Assembly: GCA_017400345.1 (NCBI GenBank)
Contig: JAFPTG010000003.1
Span: forward strand, 5,813 to 69,812
Source: Oscillospiraceae bacterium
Lineage (GTDB): Bacteria > Bacillota > Clostridia > Oscillospirales > Ruminococcaceae
Direction: 5' to 3'
DNA: 64,000 bases
Positions 1 through 5,956 of this stretch are shown piece by piece (the stretch's first letter is position 1; every line of letters starts with the position of its first letter). A program made the translations under genes and the position numbers. Below the pieces are notes generated by a model. The model saw only the letters and a list, made by a program, of their open reading frames with translations. It had not been told where the DNA came from and did not search any database.

Positions 1-673
1 ATTTTGTGATTGCCACTATTGCCACAGCCTCTTGCAAGGTTAGATCTTTTGCATGTTTGTTAAAGTAAAGATTAGCGGCAGCTTCTATTCCGTTTGTGTT
101 GTTGCCAAAATATACAACATTAAGATAAGCTTCTAAAATTTCTTCTTTGGTAGCTTGTTTTTCAAGGTAAAGGGCAGAGATCATCTCACGCAGTTTGCGT
201 GTGGCTTGAACTTTATTATCCCCAGTAATATTTTTAATCAATTGTTGTGTAATTGTTGAACCGCCTTGACGTCCACTGCCAAAGTGAAATATTTCGTTTA
301 AGAACGCAAAGATTGTTCGCTTAAAATCAACACCATGGTGATGCATAAAACGTTGATCTTCAACAGCAATAGCAGCGTTGGCAACATAACTTGGTATCTC
401 ATCCAAGTTTACCCATATCCGATTTTCTACACTGTGAATTCGTTCAACTTCGTATGGTTGATTTTGCTTGTCATTGGCATAGATTATGGTGGTGTAATTG
501 AGATTTAAATTAGAAATGTCTATATTAGGCCGATTTTTAACTATACTTGCTATAAAAAAAGTAAAAACCATACCTATTATGCAACAAATAATAACCCCCA
601 TGCAAAACATGACGGCTAAGGCCTTTATTAATTTTTGTTTTAATTGCTTTGGTTTAACATGAGATTTTGCCAT
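1..673 (-). CDS. Class A penicillin-binding protein, N-terminal part (membrane anchor + GT51 transglycosylase); the gene runs off the window start
   Basis: My own minus-strand translation from ATG (673-671) gives MAKSHVKPKQLKQK..., then a hydrophobic anchor ALAVMFCMGVIICCIIGMVFTFFIA, then GT51 motifs AIAVEDQRFMHHHGVD and RQGGSTITQQLIKN. The frame is open to position 1, so it is absent from the ORF track. Confidence 0.85.
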   Translation of the reverse strand, partial: MAKSHVKPKQLKQKLIKALAVMFCMGVIICCIIGMVFTFFIASIVKNRPNIDISNLNLNYTTIIYANDKQNQPYEVERIHSVENRIWVNLDEIPSYVANAAIAVEDQRFMHHHGVDFKRTIFAFLNEIFHFGSGRQGGSTITQQLIKNITGDNKVQATRKLREMISALYLEKQATKEEILEAYLNVVYFGNNTNGIEAAANLYFNKHAKDLTLQEAVAIVAITK

Positions 674-883
674 TTTCCATTCATCCTACTCAATTGTTGA
701 TATTTATTATTTATTATACATCTTATTTTTAATTTTTACAAGAGTAATTGTACTATTTTTGCAGGTTTGTGAAGGTTTTAAATTGAAATTATCTGAAGTT
801 GCATACAAATATACAACTTTAAGATTAATTTCAGATTAAAATTGAACATTACTGTTCAAAAAAATAAAAGGAGAGAGTTAAAA

Positions 884-1231
884 ATGAGAGTTTCTTTTAC
901 AGGAATTGGAGAAACAGTGGTAACGTTTGAATCTGATAAAAAACTTGAAGTAGGAACGTTAGTTAACGTTGTTGAAAACGGCAAAGTGGCTGAAGCTAAA
1001 AAAAACGAGAAGTTTGTTGGAATTGTTGTGAATGCAACTGAACACGAAGCAAGTGTGCAGATCAAAGGCTACATTAAAACAAAATTTGAAGGCACAATTG
1101 AATATAATGCTCTGGGCTGTTGTAATCTGTGCTTGGGAGAGGAAGGGAAGTTAAAGTTAAGTGAAAAAGGACGTGAAGTTTTATTATTAGATATTAATAG
1201 TGAAACTAATGAAATTGGGATTTTTATGTAA
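884..1231 (+). CDS. Small hypothetical protein heading a phage-like capsid module (possible DUF2190-type head decoration protein)
   Basis: Track ORF 842-1231. The preferred start is ATG 884 (MRVSFTG...), 6 nt after AAAGGAGAGAG. It is 115 aa and looks beta-rich (EVGTLVNVVENGKVAEA...KFVGIVVNA). It lies immediately upstream of the prohead protease and capsid genes. The functional call is weak. Confidence 0.4.
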   Translation: MRVSFTGIGETVVTFESDKKLEVGTLVNVVENGKVAEAKKNEKFVGIVVNATEHEASVQIKGYIKTKFEGTIEYNALGCCNLCLGEEGKLKLSEKGREVLLLDINSETNEIGIFM

Positions 1232-1245
1232 AAGAGGAAACATTT

Positions 1246-2175
1246 ATGGAGAATAATGTAATAACACAAAATATTGATGCTGATTTAGAACTAATTAATA
1301 AACTTACTCGCAGACCGCTTAAAGCAGAAGAGGTGTATACATTTAATGTGGTACTGTGCGACAATGACCTTGACCGTGATTTTGAAGTATTTGATTTAAA
1401 ATGCTTATATGAATTAAAAGAACTGTTTTTAGGAAAGACGGGCATATTTGATCATGACCCAAAAGGGAGTAATCAAACATCTCGTATATTTTTTACAGAA
1501 GTTGTGCGAGATCCAATAAAAAGAACAAAGCTGGGGCAAGATTATTATATGTTGAAAGCTAAGGCCTATATGATTAGAAATGAAAAGAATAAAGATTTAA
1601 TAGAGGAGATAGATGGCGGAATAAAGAAAGAAGTGAGTATTGGCTGTAGCGTTTCTTGCGTTAAATGTTCGATATGTGGATGCAATACAAAAAAAGAAAA
1701 ATGTGAGCACGTGTTAGGAAATAAATATATTGTAAACGGAGAAGAACAATTGTGCTATCATGTTTTAGAAAGTGCAAATGACGCTTATGAATGGTCTTTT
1801 GTAGCAGTGCCAGCTCAAAGGCAGGCGGGTGTGGTAAAAAGTATAAGAAAGAAGTTTACAGATTCGTACGAAACTAACAATTTCGGCAACGAAGACCGAA
1901 CGCAGTTAGATAAGTACTTGGAATATATTTCACAACTAGAATCAGTTATTGGCGAATTTGAAGAGGAACTAAGATCGCAGGTAAAAAAATCATTTGCAGT
2001 TTTACAGCCAGAGTTAAAACTTTCTACAATAAAAAACATGATAGAAAAGTTAGATATTACAGAATTAAAAGAACTGAAAAAAGTACAAGACGAAAAAATG
2101 GGCAAGAATGTTATAATCCAGGCAGAGGGGCTAGAAACCTCAAAAGATGCAGATTTAACCAAGTTTTCAATTTAA
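1246..2175 (+). CDS. HK97-family (S78) prohead serine protease with a Cys-cluster insertion and a coiled-coil, scaffold-like C-terminal extension
   Basis: 309 aa with RBS AAGAGGAAA. It shows the S78 pattern: His in GIFDHDPKG, Ser in KKEVSIGCSV, and a distal strand YEWSFVAVPAQRQAGV. There is an inserted CVKCSICGC...KCEH cluster. The last ~110 aa are heptad-like (YLEYISQLESVIGEFEEELRSQ...ELKELKKVQDEK). Confidence 0.7.
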   Translation: MENNVITQNIDADLELINKLTRRPLKAEEVYTFNVVLCDNDLDRDFEVFDLKCLYELKELFLGKTGIFDHDPKGSNQTSRIFFTEVVRDPIKRTKLGQDYYMLKAKAYMIRNEKNKDLIEEIDGGIKKEVSIGCSVSCVKCSICGCNTKKEKCEHVLGNKYIVNGEEQLCYHVLESANDAYEWSFVAVPAQRQAGVVKSIRKKFTDSYETNNFGNEDRTQLDKYLEYISQLESVIGEFEEELRSQVKKSFAVLQPELKLSTIKNMIEKLDITELKELKKVQDEKMGKNVIIQAEGLETSKDADLTKFSI

Positions 2176-2195
2176 AAAGGAGGATATTTATTATT

Positions 2196-3194
2196 ATGGA
2201 GAGTTATAAAAGTGTAAAATTAGATAAAGATATGTATAGAGTGGCAAATAAAAGCTTTTCGGAAGTTTTAGAAGGCTATGATTGTTCAAGCAACTACAGA
2301 GAAAGTTCACTTGCAAATATAGATGCATTTCAGCGTCAGTTAAAGCGGTTCGATATAAGAGTAGGACGGAACAATTCAGATGAAGTAGAGAAATTTTTTA
2401 GAAGTGCGCAAACGGCCACATTATTTCCAGAATATGTTCTGCGTGCGGTAAAATCTGGCACAGAGGTAGTTAATGTACTTAACGAAATAATTGCGGTTAG
2501 AACAAAAATAGATAGTATGGATTACCGTGCGATATATTTTGAACAAGATGATGAACCTACAGTTATTGGGGAAGGAGCATCGATCCCTAGCGTTAATATA
2601 AAGTTAAAAGAAAATTTAGTGACATTAAAAAAGACAGGTCGGATGTTGGTAGTAGATTATGAAACTATTAAGAATAGAAAGATAGAAGTATTCACAATTG
2701 CATTAAAACAGATTGGTTATAAAATTGCGGAACAACAGCTAAAAAGTGCAATAGATGTTTTGATGAATGGTGATGGTAATTTTAAGCCAGATGTAAAAAC
2801 AATAAGTGGCGGTTTAAAGTTCGAAAATTTAATAGATTTATGGAACAGCTTTAGTGAATATAAAATGAACACAGTGTTAATTTCTCCTAACATGGCAAAA
2901 AAGATGCTGGGCCTTAAAGAAATTTTTAATCCATACAACGGGTTAAAGTTTGAATTAACAGGTCAGGTAGATACTCTTATGGGAGCTCGATTGCTAAAAT
3001 CTCAATTTGTACCAGATGATGTAATTATTGCTCTTGATAAAAACTTTGCTTTAGAAATGGTATGTTGCGGCGATATTCAAGTTGACTATGATAAATTAAT
3101 CGATAGACAGCTCAAACGTTCGACAATTACTTCAACTTATGGCTTTACCAGAATTTGTGAAGACGCAGTTAAGATTTTAAAATTTTCAGAGTAG
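2196..3194 (+). CDS. HK97-fold phage major capsid protein
   Basis: 332 aa with RBS AAAGGAGGA. It directly follows the prohead protease. The C-terminal third (GARLLKSQFVPDDVIIALDKNFALEMVCCGDIQVDYDKL...TITSTYGFTRICEDAVKILKF) has the pattern shared by HK97-type capsid and encapsulin shells. Confidence 0.65.
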   Translation: MESYKSVKLDKDMYRVANKSFSEVLEGYDCSSNYRESSLANIDAFQRQLKRFDIRVGRNNSDEVEKFFRSAQTATLFPEYVLRAVKSGTEVVNVLNEIIAVRTKIDSMDYRAIYFEQDDEPTVIGEGASIPSVNIKLKENLVTLKKTGRMLVVDYETIKNRKIEVFTIALKQIGYKIAEQQLKSAIDVLMNGDGNFKPDVKTISGGLKFENLIDLWNSFSEYKMNTVLISPNMAKKMLGLKEIFNPYNGLKFELTGQVDTLMGARLLKSQFVPDDVIIALDKNFALEMVCCGDIQVDYDKLIDRQLKRSTITSTYGFTRICEDAVKILKFSE

Positions 3195-3207
3195 TAAAAT
3201 AAACATA

Positions 3208-3234
3208 AAAATCCCCCTTAATAGGGGATTTTTT
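3208..3234 (+). terminator. Rho-independent terminator after the capsid gene
   Basis: AAAATCCCC / GGGGATTTT 9-bp stem, 7-nt loop, followed by a T-run. Confidence 0.7.
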
Positions 3235-3474
3235 ACATACACAAAAGACTAAAGTTTTTTTATTTATAGCTAGTTTTATGGGATACAACCCTTAAATAAA
3301 ATTTATAATATAACAACAAATAAATTCAAACATGATAATATTAATTACAAGATTGGTAAATTTATATAAATAAATCAACACGAATTACATAATTGACAAG
3401 CCAATTCCAATATGTTAGCATTAATATAAACATACAATTTAGCACAAAAGTACATAAAGGGAGCAGAGATTCTA

Positions 3475-3960
3475 ATGGAAGCAGGAGAGCTAGCAGTTAT
3501 AACTAAAGCAAAAGCTGTTTGCAATTATATTATAACAGTTACAGATAAATCCCCTAAAAAGTTTCGTTTTACTTTAATTGGCCGTATGCAAAATTATGCA
3601 CTAGATATTATTGAAGGAATGATTATGGCAAATGAAGTTTACGTTACGGAAAAGGGATTAGGCGTTAATATAGAAGCATTAAAAGAGAGGCAAAAATTAC
3701 AAAGGAATGTACTTACAAACATAAAACTATTAGCATATGTATCGCAACTTTCTATGGAACAAAAATGCATATTGCCAAAACAATATGAGCAAATTACAGA
3801 AAAGCTCTATACATGCCAAAACCTCTTGGGTGCCTGGATTAAAAGCGATTTAAAGATAACATCGGTATATCACACATTTTTAATGTGTAGATATATAGGG
3901 ATATGGTTGCATGGTTCTGGTTGCGTTCTCCAAACGCGGGCAATAGCAACAATGCGCTGA
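3475..3960 (+). CDS. avd: DGR accessory variability determinant (Avd; four-helix-bundle / 23S rRNA-IVS protein family)
   Basis: RBS AAAGGGAG. It has family-typical segments SPKKFRFTLIGRMQNYALDIIEGMIMANEVY and QNLLGAWIKSD. It sits directly upstream of a TR and a DGR-type RT. The ORF reads on into the TR before reaching a stop, so the last ~30 aa are probably not part of the conserved fold. Confidence 0.8.
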   Translation: MEAGELAVITKAKAVCNYIITVTDKSPKKFRFTLIGRMQNYALDIIEGMIMANEVYVTEKGLGVNIEALKERQKLQRNVLTNIKLLAYVSQLSMEQKCILPKQYEQITEKLYTCQNLLGAWIKSDLKITSVYHTFLMCRYIGIWLHGSGCVLQTRAIATMR

Positions 3961-4034
3961 ATGCTAATACTGGCAACTATGTGAATAACAATAACGTCCA
4001 CAATAGCAACAGGTGCGTCCCCGCATGGCCTTAA
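3906..4034 (+). repeat. DGR template repeat (TR), non-translated
   Basis: In the frame offset from avd it reads VAWFWLRSPNAGNSNNALNANTGNYVNNNNVHNSNRCVPAWP*. That is 13 AAY Asn codons within 26 codons, ending in a GC-rich GCGTCCCCGC (IMH*-like) segment. It lies between avd and the RT. A perfect 9-bp hairpin follows at 4043-4064 (GATGTTTTT-AAGG-AAAAACATC). The boundaries are approximate. Confidence 0.75.
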
Positions 4035-4322
4035 CGTCTGATGATGTTTTTAAGGAAAAACATCCGGTGAAGCTAATCATGAATTTGCTTCTTAACCTTA
4101 AGGCAAAGGAACCATATTCCTTTTTGACTGCAAACAAAACTAAATTTATGTGGATTTGATTATCGGTTTTGTTAAGCAGCAGAAAAATACATACCGCCGG
4201 AAGGAAAAATGTATAAAGGAAATACTACTTAGAAGGATACTTTTGGACTGTGGCGCAAGCCTCGGCGGCTAGCGGAAATAGTAAAATAGGAAATAGTTAA
4301 AAATTAAGGGGGAGTATTACAA

Positions 4323-5381
4323 TTGTATGAAAAATTAACTGATTTTGCGAGTATTTATCAGGCATATAAAAAAACAGCAAAAGGAAAAAACATGATAAAA
4401 ACGAGGTAGTACGTTATGAAACAAATTTACATATGCAATTATGGCGTCTAAAAGAAAGAATAGAAAATAAGACTATTAAAATTGGTGGTTACCATAAATT
4501 TATGGTGTTTGATCCTAAAAAACGAGAGATCCAAGCATTAAGCTTTTCAGACAGAGTATTTCAACACCTGCTGTGTGATAAAGTGCTGATGCCATATTTT
4601 GAACCCAAATTAATTTATGATAATGCTGCGTGCAGAAAGAACAAAGGCACGCACTTTGCTCAAAACCGTTTCACTGGGTTTTTAAGAGATCACTATAAAA
4701 AGTATGGTAGTAAAGGATACATTCTAAAATATGATGTCAAAGGATATTTTAATTCTATACATCATAAAGTATTAAAAGAAAAACTTAAAAATTTTCCAGA
4801 CAAAGAGATTAAAGAGCTTCTCTATTATATTATAGATAGCTACGAAAGTGAACCAGAACGAGGTATACCCATGGGGAACCAATCTAATCAATGGTTTGCA
4901 CTTTACTATCTAGATCGCCTTGATAGAACTATAAAAGAGAAGTTGCATATCAAATATTATATCAGATATATGGATGATGGAGTGCTATTACACCAAGACA
5001 AAGGATATTTAAAAGAATGCCTTGTAGTTATAAAGGAACAAGCGACCAAAGACAAACTTGAATTTAATAAAAAAACAGAGATTTTTCCATTATGCCAAAG
5101 AGTAGATTTTTTAGGCTTCCACTTTTATCTTAACAGATACTGGAAAAGTCATAAAAAAGCTTAGAACATCTAATAAAAAACGGTTTAAAAGACGTCTCAA
5201 GCAATTTGAAAGACAATATGCAAAAGGGAAGATAACTTACGAAGAAATAAAAAGAAGTCTTGCCAGCTACCAAGGCCATCTAAAGCACGGTCATACATAT
5301 AAACTCAGAAAACATGTAATTTCTAATATAAAATTCAAGCAGAAAACAAACAATAATGAAGAAATGGGAAATAGCCTTTAA
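4323..5381 (+). pseudogene. DGR-type reverse transcriptase, split into three frame segments by two frameshifts
   Basis: A TTG at 4323 follows AAGGGGGA and starts LYEKLTDFASIYQAYKKTAKGK, which stops at TAG 4407. The central segment is track ORF 4433-5164 and is open from 4370. It contains IPMGNQSNQWFALYY (the DGR SQ-type motif) and YIRYMDDGV. The C-terminal segment returns to the first frame: LTDTGKVIKKLRTSNKKRFKRRLKQF...GHLKHGHTYKLRKH, with its stop at 5379-5381. The shifts lie in the A6 run at 4385-4390 and near 5128-5133. Confidence 0.8.
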
Positions 5382-5396
5382 AAGGGCTATTTTTTA
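5371..5396 (+). terminator. Terminator after the RT
   Basis: ATAGCC..GGCTAT stem overlapping the RT stop codon, followed by TTTTT. Confidence 0.55.
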
Positions 5397-5416
5397 TTTT
5401 AAACTTAATAACATCA

Positions 5417-5689
5417 CTAAACTCTTGGTTTACCACCGCCTCCAGCACCAATAGAACTGTTAGAAGTACTGCTGCCTTTATTTGCGCTAGAAGACTGACT
5501 ACTGGAACTTTTATTTGTACTAGAAGATTGCTTACTGGTAGTGCTAGACTTGCTGGTTGAAGTATTACTGCTAGAGCCCCCAGCATCTGCACGAGCCAGA
5601 GGAACACCTATACAAACCATTTGGCCACACAACAATACAAATATACTTGTAACTAAATACCCTAAACTCCTTTTACTGTTTTTTAACAT
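5417..5689 (-). CDS. Small secreted Ser/Thr/Asn-rich low-complexity protein
   Basis: 90 aa. AGGAG lies 9 nt upstream of the ATG. The signal-peptide-like N-terminus is MLKNSKRSLGYLVTSIFVLLCGQMVCIGVPLARA. About 55 aa of S/T/N/K-rich sequence follow, ending in GAGGGGKPRV. Confidence 0.55.
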   Translation of the reverse strand: MLKNSKRSLGYLVTSIFVLLCGQMVCIGVPLARADAGGSSSNTSTSKSSTTSKQSSSTNKSSSSQSSSANKGSSTSNSSIGAGGGGKPRV

Positions 5690-5956
5690 TAATATCGACT
5701 CCTAACGTTATTTTAATTTTTATTTATAAACTATACAAAACAGGTAGCAAAGAGATAAAACAACTACGCTACCTGTTTTTGGGGAAGTAAATGATTAATA
5801 AAGGAAATAGTAAATTAATTATACAGCAAATTGGAAAGAATGTAAATACATGGAAATAAATTTTCGACAAATTAAATTTTGAAAAACAATTTTTTCCCGT
5901 TCTTAGTGATAAGAAAAGCAAATAAAAATAAATTATTTTTATTTGCTTTTTGGCTT

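Noticed and set aside
2196-3194. Encapsulin (bacterial nanocompartment shell) as the primary call for the capsid-like protein
   Set aside because: The adjacent S78 prohead protease and decoration-like gene favour a phage head origin, and no recognisable encapsulin cargo gene is present. It is kept only as an alternative hypothesis in the findings.
2900-3194. The 3' end of the capsid gene as the DGR variable repeat
   Set aside because: Neither its nucleotide sequence nor its C-terminal peptide (…TYGFTRICEDAVKILKFSE) resembles the TR, or the TR reading (WFWLRSPNAGNSNN…RCVPAWP).
4323-5381. Retron or group II intron interpretation of the reverse transcriptase
   Set aside because: An Avd-type four-helix-bundle gene and an Asn-codon-rich TR lie immediately upstream. 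The SQ-type motif (GNQSNQ) also points to a DGR. I saw no msr/msd-like inverted repeats and no intron domain structure.
5335-5607. Alternative 90-aa ORF overlapping the Ser-rich small protein gene in another frame
   Set aside because: It has no RBS and runs into the RT terminator. The 5417-5689 frame has AGGAG at 9 nt and a signal peptide, so it is the better candidate, though neither is proven.
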